From Phoronis australis (Eukaryota; Animalia; Phoronida): a stretch of DNA of 64,000 nt. Within the stretch, counting starts at the first letter, position 1, and every line of letters begins with the position of its first letter. The DNA is taken from assembly GCA_002633005.1 (NCBI GenBank), contig NMRA01000617.1, positions 8,367 through 72,366 on the forward strand. The letters run 5' to 3'. The notes beneath the pieces were generated by a model. That model saw only the letters and a list, made by a program, of their open reading frames with translations. It searched no databases and was not told where the DNA came from. Both the position numbers and the translations under genes were made by a program. Shown here piece by piece: positions 12,929-24,700 of this stretch.

Positions 12929-14531
12929 GACGGCAGTACAGTCTAGGAGCTTGTGACTTGACTACTAAGGTTAATTGAATCAATTGTTTTATTTATGTCT
13001 GAATAGTATGTTATTGTTTGCAACAAACAAGTGAATTGAAATTTGTGGTGTCGAACATATCCAAATGTACCATCAATAACTTACATCTCTTGACATATGA
13101 GAGAATTTCTTCTACCGTTTTTTCGGCAGAGTCGATTTTTCGTCGAGTTCCAGGTTGTTGGTTAGGCACGAGACTGTCAAACATCAACAGTCAAAAGTTG
13201 CCAATACAATTCCGTGAAATTGAAAAAAGCTTGAAGCGTGCGGCGCATAGAGTCTCAACTGAAGCTTAGAAATAACTTGTTTCAAAATTTGCCACGTTGT
13301 ACTTGTTTGTCCCCAAGGTACATTGTTGAGTGTTTTTCAGAAATGTCTCAAGTTCGTTTGGAAACAGAGTAAAAGATGTTTTGGTAGTCTGGGTGACTGA
13401 GACCGCATCGAGTAGCAACGGCAGCGGCAATATGCGCGTTTGAGATACAATGGCGTCAGTGTTTGAGAAACAACCGCGAAAAAACATAGCTTGACTTAAC
13501 TTCAAATGAAACTTCTTTTTATTTCTCAACATTGTACAGAAGCTAAGTATGGAGTCTTCGGGATGTCCCATGCGTTGCCTGTTCTATATGAATTATTCAA
13601 GCCCGTGGGCCGTTCAGTCTTTGGAGATACATCATTGGTTTTCTTATCATGATCAGTAAATCTGCACAAAAATCGAAATAGATTACATGTTTACGTTTTA
13701 ACTCGTATTTCTGCTTCAGTTTGGGGGAAATTTTTGAGAAGCAAAACTAAAATTTACAGTAGGACATTTATATAAATATTAAAACCATGGGCAAGAGCTC
13801 TTTTATAAGACACTCCTCGTAACATGTTTACAGAATTTTCTAAAACGCCGTTTTTTCACTAACTTTATTAAACAATTGTGTACGATTGGAATAGGTTCAA
13901 GGTATTCTTGAAGAGCTTTGTGTTACTGAAACGGAAAAAAACGCTGGAGTTTTCTCTTCAAGCCACAAAATTATTCATGTGTTGTATTATCTATCCCAAC
14001 ACCCGTATATAACCAAACATATTTTATTGTATCAGTTGTATAGTCAAGGCAGTCACAATCGCGTGACAGTTTCATGACCTTCATTGTTATTTTCAACTGC
14101 CCTTTTGTTGTTTTGACAGAAAATAGGTCATACCCGTCGTTGTTGTTGACCTGTAATTACACGTCTTCTACCTTGACGGATTGTGAAACAACTCGATGAA
14201 TCACCAGATTTAATAATCATTTCACTTGACAGCAGGCTTGTAACGAGCAATCACGGGGTCAACATCTATGAGTTTCGTCAGCGGTTTCTGTGCCTTTCTG
14301 TTATGTACACGTATCATTTGAGGTGACCTGAATAGTCACGACCCTAAAAATAAACTTTTACTAGTGCATGGTCATTGCACTCTTCACTATAAAGGTAGCG
14401 TTTGTTGCTTGGTCATTCAGAACGTCCACTTTTTGGGCAACACGAGAGAGAACGACGAAACAGATCCCGAGCTTGTTAGTTTGTTTGCATTTAGATCGAG
14501 TAGACTTTTATTCGAACGAAGTTAATTAAAC

Positions 14532-16335
14532 ATGGGAGGAGCATGCGCCAAGTTAGCTGACATTGAATGTCGTCGCCCGCACTTTGGGGAATTGAGGTAG
14601 GTGTTACGTGACTGGTGGATTTTTATAAGCAGCATTATAAAAAGAAGATCCGTGAACTGGCGTGTTTACGACTTGGTTTGTAGAAAAAAAACATGATTTT
14701 TAGCTGATCACACATTCCACTGCTTAGTGCTTTAATTTGTTTCCATAATCCAGATAACTGGACAATATATTCTGAATAATCATTTTTGTAAGCGCCTTGC
14801 CGTTAAAACGTGGAGATTGATGTACAGTAGCATTGCGGATTAGGATTTTAGGAAAAGTCAGTACGCTTGAGCATAGCTAAGATGTGTCTCAAGTTGTGAA
14901 GGCGATGCTCTGTTTTTATGAGAGCTTAAAGTTAGAATTGACGGTAAGTTCATAACTTCGTAATCGACTTAACGTCTTCCTGACGAGCTAGGAACTGTGT
15001 GTAATTCTAAATCGAAGTTACGGCTCAGTGTCTAAGCTAAGTAAGGACTTAGCACCTTTGAAAAAATGACCCAGTTTATGCATTTGTGTTACAGGATTGC
15101 CTACAAATACAAAGTAGGCGAGTTTTGTGCCAGGGGTGGCTCGGATGAGTTCAGAGATGCGAGAAATATTGTAACAGGACTGAAGACTATCGGCATTTAT
15201 TATGACGATCCAGATCAAGTGAGTTGGAGTGTGACGGGTTGAGATTGAAAAAATACAAGCTTTTGTTTGTGGTTACAGGAAAACTGTTGTGTCTCAGATT
15301 TAGAACCGAGACATTGTCTCAACATTTTGCTCACAAAGCTATATACGCTGCCAAAGTGGACAAGCCACCTCCTCATAATACATGTCTACAGATACAGGAT
15401 AATTACTCTTGCAAAGTTTGCATCATAACATAAAATTATTTGCTGTTCTGGAACAGGAACTGTTCCTGTTAATTAATCGGATACTGATATCAGAATAATA
15501 CTTCGAAACAGATTTTTCCAGAACTTCATATATTTTCCTCGGAGTTTGATAGTTGAGAGGAGCTCTTCACGAATCTTGATTTTCATCAATTTATGTGATA
15601 GTCAACTTTGCTGCATTATATGATTTCCCTTTTACAGGTTGACTCAAAGCACCAGCGGTATGCTGTTGGTGTGATTCTGTCAGATAGCAAAGACAACTTT
15701 TCAGTCGACACCGGCATAGAAAAGATGTTTGAAGAGAAAGGTTACAAGTTCGCCACACTACCAGAGATCGAAAATGCAGTCCAGGTGTCTCACCCTGTCA
15801 ACGAAAGTTCGAGAATTGGGTACGCCGTTGCCGCGTGTAAGGTTTACGAAGCGTTTGACAAGTACATTAGGGTGAGTTGAAATATTTGAAAGTGAGGTAC
15901 TTGCAGAGCCTAATTCAGTCCCACGTTATCATATGTAATATTCACATTATGTTTTCATTATGCAGTTACGAAGTCTGTTTTTGTGGATCGATGTGCTAGT
16001 GATCTTCACTTGTTTGCCTAACAATTTCCGACACTTTGAAATATAACTACCTCATAATTTTCACTTCCATCTAAACCTTGTTTCGTTGGCAATAATCCTT
16101 TAAGTTTGCCGTATGAGATCTGCATATTTAAAAACCATCTTCTAATATCAGATCCTTTTTTCAGCAAAACAAACATCGCTGGAATCCCGCCGTTGAGATC
16201 TATGACGGAAGTATTATCCATTTCATGATTCCACAGTCAGATGGCGACAAGTTCTACGTACCAGAAACCAAGAGCGGAAACGCGTCGGAGACGTTCTCCT
16301 CCGAGAAAAAAGAATGGGCAGAGTGGCATCAGTAA
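14532..16335 (+). CDS. TEX264: TEX264-family (GyrI-like domain) protein, 197 aa; exons 14532-14596, 15095-15218, 15638-15871, 16165-16335
   Basis: The spliced frame MGGACAKLADIECRRPHFGELR-IAYKYKVGEF...LKTIGIYYDDPDQ-VDSKHQRYAVGVILS...EKGYKFATLP...KVYEAFDKYIR-QNKHRWNPAVEIYDGSIIHFMIPQSDGDKFYVPETK... matches the remembered TEX264 motifs VAYKF, IAVYYDNP, CRCAVGSILS, GFKVFSFP, LEIY..IHFMCP..DFYVPE. All splice sites are GT-AG with consistent phase. In-frame TAA at 14523-14525 lies upstream of AAACATGG. Confidence 0.9.
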
Positions 16336-17094
16336 ATTCAAAAGACTTCAAACTGGCATCCAAAAATGATTATCTATTCTTGCCAAAACGGATCGTTGAA
16401 GAGAGATAAGAAACTTATTTAAGATTTCAAAATGGCGAGCAACACTATCGCTGTATTAAAAGATGCAGTCCAAACGGCAGAGCAGATTCGTGGTCTTCAT
16501 AATTACTTTCTCCGACAGAGTTTCATATCATGACTTTTCTTTCAAAATTTGTAGCAATCATGAAATTGTTCCTGGAAAAGATGTTAATATGTGGGTTATA
16601 GTAACCAACGGAGATGTCGCGAACATTCCCGACCAACCTTCTTCGGAAAATTGACAACTGCGCCAATCTCCACTAGAGGTCGCTGCCAGTGTGGACTGTC
16701 TCAGTATGCAAAGTTTGGATAAGGTGCTGCCATGCGTAGAAGCACAAAAGTATTTTGAAATTTATGGTTACGACAAAGAATTTATTAGCTGTGTGGACCA
16801 AGATTTGGGGGAATCCACAATTTTACATGTGGTTCTCTTTTCCATTTATACTATGTTATCCTATCTCTATTGTGGTGCAGGTTTACTTTGTAAATGCTAT
16901 TTATTTAGCAGTTTTATCAATTTTACTTATTATGAACAGTATTATGCAAACAATGTAATATACACATTCACCATGCGTACTTTTATTTTACGTTTAAAAC
17001 CGTTATGTGACATTTTATATTAGAATTTAAAGCTATTGTCTGCTAGCAAATCATGAGATAACAAGGTTGCGTTCTCATAGATGCAAAAACTCAA

Positions 17095-18146
17095 TTTATT
17101 TATTTATTTATTATTGTGATATTTAAAATGAGGGTGGCCTCTTCAGTGATAGCACTGCTTTCCAAGAGGGCCCTCAACAAGAAAAACAGTAATATAATAC
17201 AATGAAGTAATAAAACAACAATGAAATATACGTAGCAAAGATACAATTAAAATAGGTTGAGAATTAAGACAATAACTAAATGACAAATAATGGTAAAACT
17301 TTAACTAAGACAGACGAAATAACTTAAGAGATGATTCTAGACAGTGAGAGTATTTACTACAATGAAAAAAATGACATGATTAAGACAGACAGGGTATAAA
17401 AGGTCAAGTAAATTACAGCCACTTTTTAATAATTACTTTAAAGGTAGTAATTGAATTGGACCGTTTAATTTCTGGGCTAAAAGAATTCCATATTATAGCA
17501 GCTGCATAGATAAAAGATCTCTTACCCGTCTCGGTTTTAATTTTTTTAGAATAAACATTGCCAGCAACAGAAGAACGTGTAGAATATACAGCCTGGCTGC
17601 TATTGAATTTACTGCTGAGATATGCTGGAGCCAAGCCATTGATACATCTGTACATACAACAGGCAGAGAGATATTTATTTCTTTGTCTTATTTTCATAAA
17701 TCCCAGCTTGGAATACAAGTCGTCAACCCTAGTGTCCCTAATTTTAGTACCCAGGATAGCCCTGGCGGCTCTATTTTGGATTACTTGGACTTTGCTGATA
17801 AGTGTGTCACTAGTGTGCCCCCAAACCGGTAAACAATAATCAATATGAGGCTGAATAATAGAATGGTAAAGGGTCTTAAGAGTACTGACATTAAGAAATT
17901 TGCCTAGACGTTTAAGTACACCGATTTTCTTAGATACTTTCTTTGTGATATGATCTATGTGCAAATTAAATTTAAGATTGGGATGTAAAGAAAGGCCCAA
18001 GTACTTAAATTTGTCAACATTCTCGATGGGAGAACCGTTGATAGAAAGAGATAGTTTTTGTTGTTTTAATTTCTGGTGGGTTCCAAACAGCATCGACTTG
18101 GTTTTACTAACGTTAAGAGTGAGTTTATTTTGAATCAGACAGTCGT
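17095..18146 (-). mobile_element. 5'-truncated CR1/L2-group LINE (RT C-terminus, 3' UTR, (TAAA)n tail)
   Basis: Uninterrupted frame NKLTLNVSKTKSMLFG...FKYLGL...HIDYCLPVWG...QNRAARAI...GKRSFIYAAAIIWNS, ending at 17413. 3' stem-loop (CAGTG..CACTG within GAGGG..CCCTC) at 17130-17175. Tail TTTATTTATT at 17095-17113. Confidence 0.9.
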
Positions 18147-18167
18147 CAAAAACACAAAATGACCCAA

Positions 18168-18359
18168 ATGGCCACTAGATATAGGCCTATCAGCACGGCC
18201 ACCAGATATAGGCCTATCACCATGGCCACCAGATATAGGCCTATCACCATGGCCACCAGATATAGTCCTATCACCATGGCCACCAGATATAGGCCTATCA
18301 CCATGGCCACCAGATATAGGCCTATCACCATGGCCACCAGATATAGGCCTATCACCATG
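18168..18359. repeat. 27-bp minisatellite, ~7 copies (ATGGCCACCAGATATAGGCCTATCACC)
   Basis: Direct tandem units without spacers; explains the MATRYRPIT and MVIGLYLVA pseudo-ORFs. Confidence 0.95.
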
Positions 18360-19689
18360 CAGTAAGAGCGAAGCTAATGATCACACTCAATATTATTTCT
18401 TCCGATTGTCTCGGGTCTAGAGAATGCAACCCAAGGTTTGCTATTCTTCATAACAATTTCAATGTATTAGCAGGTGTATGGAAGACCATGTGATTTGTGT
18501 GTTTTTTCCAACAACTTTGTGTTAATAACAATCATGATACACTCAAAACGACGACAACTAATATTCAAAACACTGGACATGGGCAAGTATCAATGAAAGC
18601 ATCTTTCCAAAAACGTGCTGAACCAGGGTAATCCGGTGCCAAATTAATGAATATTCGTACGATTATCATGAACACAATGGATACTGATAAATGTTTAAAT
18701 ACGAACGAGGTCATAAGTTATCGCACGAAGACGGTTGCGTTTACAACGACTGTGATCTGGGCACCAATGCAATGCGAAGCAGAAGGTCTGCAACAGTTAA
18801 AATAACGGTTCATTCAGTCGGAAGTAACAAGAACTTTAAAAATTTTTGGGTATAATGCTTTGCGGTTTCTGCGTACAATATGCGTCGTGCACAACGTTTA
18901 TTCACTTTTGATAAAATGTGAAAAATTAAAACTTGAATCGGAAACTTAAGTACATGTAATGCGATGTATACAAACTTAAAGGACTGAAAACATCAAGGAA
19001 TACCTAGGATTATGGACATGCTTGAAGGTTTCCCGCTTCACTGAGTCAGAGTTTCTATGTTCAAATTTTGAAATAGAACCAGAATCACACTCCCCCGTCT
19101 CTTTGACAGCAGCACTAATTGCGTGGTTTAGAAGCACAATGTCGCAGCTCCACCTATTGGTTGTGACAATACCATCAATACCATGCTGACTTCAGTGGGG
19201 TGACGAACACATCGCTCGCCAAGCACATTTGCCACAGAAATTGCTTGAGCTTTGGCCGTCTCGGACTCATGTAACAATAACGAAGGAGAACTTGGCTTTC
19301 GCAATAACTCTTAAGTTTCGAACCTTGTGACGGGTGTCGTCGAGATACTACTCGGAGCGGAGGACTTCGTCTCTTCATTTTTTCACAACCACGGGACGCT
19401 TTCCTTAAATAGAATTCCATTTTACGCCTTGCTGAGGTAAAAGTTGATGTAAAAATTTCGTATTGTTTCAATTTTACAGAAATAATGAAGTTTAGAACAA
19501 TACCAAGGAGCAGTAGTTACTCCTGTAGTTCACCTTTTTGCCGCTCTGCCTCTCACCACAGATTTTTTGCCTTTAGACTAAACTTTTATGTCGTCAGGTT
19601 GACAATGACAGACAGACTATCAATAACTTTAAAAGTATATAGTTTCGTACGAGTTTGACTACTAATGATGCAAAAACAATTGCTTTTCA

Positions 19690-19783
19690 TTTATTTATTT
19701 ATTTGTTTATTTATTTATTTACTTATTTATTTATTGTGATTTTAAAATGAGGGTGGCCTCTTCGGTGATAGCACTGCTTTCCA
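19690..19783 (-). mobile_element. 3'-terminal fragment of the same CR1/L2 family as 17095-18146
   Basis: (TTTA)n followed by ATTGTGATTTTAAAATGAGGGTGGCCTCTTCGGTGATAGCACTGCTTTCCAA, nearly identical to 17095-17165. Confidence 0.85.
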
Positions 19784-19952
19784 ATATGGTCATTGCTAAC
19801 AAGTTATTTCTTCGTACAAGGAACGTATGACACCACTTACGAATTCAACAACACAAACATAAGTATATGCAAACGGAAGGATGGTAGAAATATGAAAAAG
19901 TTTATGAGGCTTACCCGAATTCCAACACTCAGCCAAGGTCAACAGGTGTCGT

Positions 19953-20045
19953 AACCACTACCAACCCTAATCCTAACTCTAACCTAATCCCAGTCATAAC
20001 CCTATCCCTGAACCTAATCCAAACGCTAGGCCTAACTCTAACCTT
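19953..20045. repeat. Degenerate (CCCTAA)n-like tract
   Basis: ACCCTAATCCTAACTCTAACCTAATCCC...AACCCTATCCCTGAACCTAATCC...CCTAACTCTAACC. Confidence 0.6.
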
Positions 20046-21702
20046 CAATTTGGAATGAACAGCAAATTTCAATTCATCACGGAATCTACTTTCAGAATTT
20101 CCAGAAATTAAATTTTTATTCTCAATCAGAAAAATATCGCTAAAATGATTATTCCCAACCGATATTGGTTCTCGAAAGAAACTCATTAACACCATTTTAG
20201 AATTAAACAACTACAGAAAAATCTTGTATAGAAAGAAAATACGGAGTTCGGACGTATTCCAAGTCGTATGCACCGAGAAAAAAGGAACTAATCAAAGCCC
20301 AAACCCAGCCTGATAAGTCCATGAATGTAAATAGCTTTGCTGTGTTATGGGGATGTTAGCTTCAGTGCAGGTCCAAATTGTGACACACAAAACTGGTGTG
20401 ACAGTCACGACGATTGAGCAATTTTGGTTACATGTAATTAGAATTTAACAGTTGTGACATTTCTGTCTGTTATGAAAATGTTGTCCCAGGTAAAGGTTCC
20501 AAGTGTCTTCAATATTTTGAAGACTCGGTTAATGATAGCCATGATCCAAAACAAACGTTTAAGTTTTTCTTGGCGTTGTAATAGTTAAAAGTGTATTCCA
20601 CGTTTATTTGATTTTCGCTTGCCGGTTAAATGTTGGCTTTTGTAGACAGTTTAAATATTGACATTCTTTTACGCTGAAGTTTGCACAGAACGAATCAGAT
20701 TTTTTTACACAATACCAAGTAATGTATGACATCAGCTCGTTGCGACGTTCAATATTTGACACGAATTTTGCAGTTTGCAAATAAAATAATCGTCAGTTTG
20801 CCTGTATCGTTGAGTAGCAGCATACAAAAGCATTTTGTGATTTGTTTTTGGCTTAGCGCTGTCTCACTACTGTTTACATACAATGAGGAGTTTGGTGACT
20901 ATACGAAGGTGTGTTCGATTCTCATTCACTCAAGTGATTTTTATTTAACACGAGTACACATCAGCTGTATTCAGTTTGCAATGCAGCGTATGAAAGGAAG
21001 GTGATTAGATATCGAAACGATAACACTGTGGTCGTTAGAACGCGATTGCTGACTGCACCACACAAGCGAAATAATTTTCAAGACGTCAAGTTGCGAAGAC
21101 ATCGAACGGGACTGTTTTGCTTTGTCTGTCGTTACTTTTCGGTAAGGTGAATAGATTTTTGTTATAATTGGTAACGGTCACCGCGTACACGTGTATTAAC
21201 CAATCGTTACGATGTAATTGGCTGAATTAATGAACACGTCAAGCAGCCAAGACCAGAGTATGGCATGGATGCGATTGAATAAACTAACGTAACGCAACAA
21301 CTACGTATAGTTAAGAACACGTAGTCATGGCAACCGGTGAAGATTAACTGTGTTACGGTAGCCGGAATACTGCAGTTTGAACAAGTTAAGCAGTATCGCA
21401 CTAAATGAGACAGATATGAGCCTAGTCAACTCGGAACCGTGGAATCATTTAATAAAGCCTATCTGTCGGCGTTAGCGACCGAAGATTTGTATAGAGCAAG
21501 GATTAAGATAATCGCTCTGTAGTAAAACAAATGGAGTAAGATGCCCTGTTCGTGCATATGATCAAGTTGTTATTATGGACAAAAATCGTGACGTATCTAA
21601 AGTTGGTCTGAAATATTTTTGAAACCATGAGGAAGTACATACATACATAAATATCTACAGTGAAACGGATCTTAAGGGTAATGAATGTAAGCAGAAGTGA
21701 CT

Positions 21703-24700
21703 ATGGCTGATTCAGAGAATAAAAACAGCAGCAACAGGATTGTCATGAAGTCCCGTGAACGATCCAGTATAGCTGTAGAGAGGGCCTCGTCCATTTTACG
21801 GAGCAGTAGCATTAAGCCGTTGACGGACCTGGGACGGCAACTGACGATTGAGATAGACACGGAAAGCAAGCGCAACTCGACCGACGAGGGGTGTAAGCCA
21901 GCAGCTCAGGGACAAGTGGACGATGACGTCGCTGAGGAGGACAACTTGTACGATACAGATATCGAAATGGATGGTAGGTCGTTTTGTGCCTGTAATGGCA
22001 GGTGGAACAACATACAAAATACCATAGAATCCCGATTTGTTGTTAGTACGCATGTGTAAACGCGAAAAAGCAATTTGTTCAAAATACACGAAAAACGGAC
22101 AATATTTAAATTATCCTTATGTCAACTTTGCAGTGCATCTTTAGATGAATCATAATAACGTGATGGTGTTTCTAAAAAATTAAATTAATTCTGTTTGCCA
22201 CATCAACAACTTTACATATGGAACTACCTCAGCTTTGCAGCACAATTTAAATCCATACATTTTCTTTTAATCTTCACCTGCAACCCTGGAACGGATGGGT
22301 CAGTTACAAATCAATTTTGTCATATTAATACGCATAGACTATGCTTGTGATTGAGTTGTTCATTAAATAGCACCGCTGTATAAAGCTTGCCGTGCCTGCA
22401 GTAGTCAGTTATTTGTTCATCCATTATGAATTCATTGTGTAAGTCTGTTGAGAGAAGAGGTGTTCCTGTGAACACAGAAGAGATGTCATCCTGTTCATTT
22501 CAATAGAACAAACCTTTTAAGCCAAGTTTGTTTATAAATTGTGGTGTTTGATGGTAAACACGGCACGGGTATCGATAGGCTTACAGGTGTTTGAGACTTT
22601 GCTATCGGCGCTTTCAGGGTAAAATATTTATTTGGTGTGACTCAATTCCCTCAACCGTTTTGGTACTTTGTGAGATAAATTACCGGGCTGCGTTCCGTAG
22701 TCACAAGGTACCCGCAAAAGCGCAAGATCGCGCAAGTTTTAGCGAGAAATCGCCGTGCATTAGAAGAGAAGCATGTAATCACGTTCAGCTTTTCCCGCGA
22801 CTAGCACCTTGCGTTTACGGAACGCAACCCTGGTCTAGGAAAGATTTGAAAATCACGACAACAAATAGTAATTGGTAACTAACCGTGGAATAATTGACGT
22901 GAACCAGAGGGCAACAGTACCGACAGTTCTCATGATCAATCATCTGTTAATGTAGACTTAATCAAAGTAAATTAGGCTATGTCAAGTATCGGCCTCCTTC
23001 ATGCAATGTTGTAATATTTGAAACGTATCTTAAAAGTCCTCAGCTCAACAGAACACTGCTCTTGAACACAAATCAATCATACTTTTGTTTGATGGAATCT
23101 TTTATGAATTGAAAACACATTAAGAACTTGATACAGATGACAATTGCAATTTTTCTGCAATGGAAGTAGATTGTGAAAGTGTCCAAAGCATTTGCATTTT
23201 CGTTGAACATCTAATATGTTTTGCGCCACCAAAAATGAACAACTAATTCTACTGTTTATCGTAGTGTCAAGTGTTTCCGTCACGGTTGCATTTCATTAAA
23301 CTGAAGAATCACCTGGACTATATGGATTGGTAATCGGTTCCGAGTACTGCCGTCTACGGAGCATTAGTTACCACGGAATAGTTGAACTGTACTCATACTT
23401 CTACTTATAGCTCAGGTTCCGTGGAATTGTCTCTGGGTGCGTGGTAAAAAATCTTGCGTTGCGTGATGAATTCCTTTCCATAGTAAATGTTCTGCGACCC
23501 ATGGTAAAGGTTCGATTGTCACCACGGGGAATTGGAAAAACATGTATTAATTTTTAGTACGTCAAGTATACTGTCGATGGAAAATGAGCAACTACTACGT
23601 GGATGTTTGAATCTGTTTAACAATAGCCTAGTGCATGTTTTGGGTCACTTAATGTCAAAAACTCTGTTCAGTAATACCTAAGTCCATTTGCTGAATCGAA
23701 GCAGTTACTTTTCATGTGAAGAAACAACAATCGTCAGAAAGAGGCAATTTCCGGTAGGAGAAATAAATACAGTTTTGTAAATTTTCTGCAAGTTTGTGAA
23801 CGGACCAAGGAAATCAAAGTTTACACCAAAAATAATGTAAATCTAAACCGGAGACTAGGCTAGCCTGTGTCGGCTTTACTACAATTAAAAGTGAAACAAG
23901 TGAATTTGACTAAACATGGGCTACATGTCTGCACTGACGTTAATTATGCAAAATGTCATTTGTGCTGAAATTGGAGAAAACAAGTGCCAGAAATATGTAA
24001 TTTAATGAAATCTGGAGCTTTTACAATTTCGGAAGTTTCCGTACAGTGCTCCTCTATTCGATAATCCGGGCGTGCGTTCAGTAACGCTAGGACCTAGCTA
24101 AAATCTAGTTTTAGTCACGTGTTCTCACTTAAAATACACGGAAACATCTCACGTAATCTCGCGAAGTCTTGCTTTTTAGCGATGTCTCAGCGTTACTGAA
24201 CGGGAGGCTGGATTGTGTCGTTAGGTTTTCCATTCTAGCCTCTTTTTCAGAAAAGGCCAAGTCGCCAGTCGACACTTACGGAAAATCAACATATCAAAAA
24301 ACTTGTCGGAAACTTGGAGAAACGCCCATCACATGTGTTCAGAAGGCATTGATAACTACGGATGTTGTGATAAAGAATAGAGGCCTGTCTTCACAGTCCG
24401 TCTTAGCCCTCTGCAATGCCTTGCTGGTACGTGTCAAGATGTCCTCAATTTCTCATTTGTTAATCTTTCACTATTCTTTAAATAGATCACTTTGTCAGAC
24501 CCCCTCCTTGTTGTTGTTGTCAATCAGCTGCCAACCTTAGCGAAACCTTCGTCTGATTACAACTCAGCGAAACCTTCCTCTCAATACAACTCAGTGAAAC
24601 ATTCCTCTCATTTCAACTTAGCCAAACTTTCTACTCATTACAACTTAGCGAAACCTTCCTCTCAATACAACTCAGTGAAACATTCCATTTTGTTGTTGTT

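Noticed and set aside
18146-18365. Repetitive ORFs (MATRYRPIT)n and (MVIGLYLVA)n, or a possible CRISPR array
   Set aside because: Pure 27-bp tandem repeat with no unique spacers, no cas genes and no splice context.
19929-20210. ORF with VRVR/LGLG, or a true telomere
   Set aside because: Translation of a short, degenerate internal CCCTAA-like tract.
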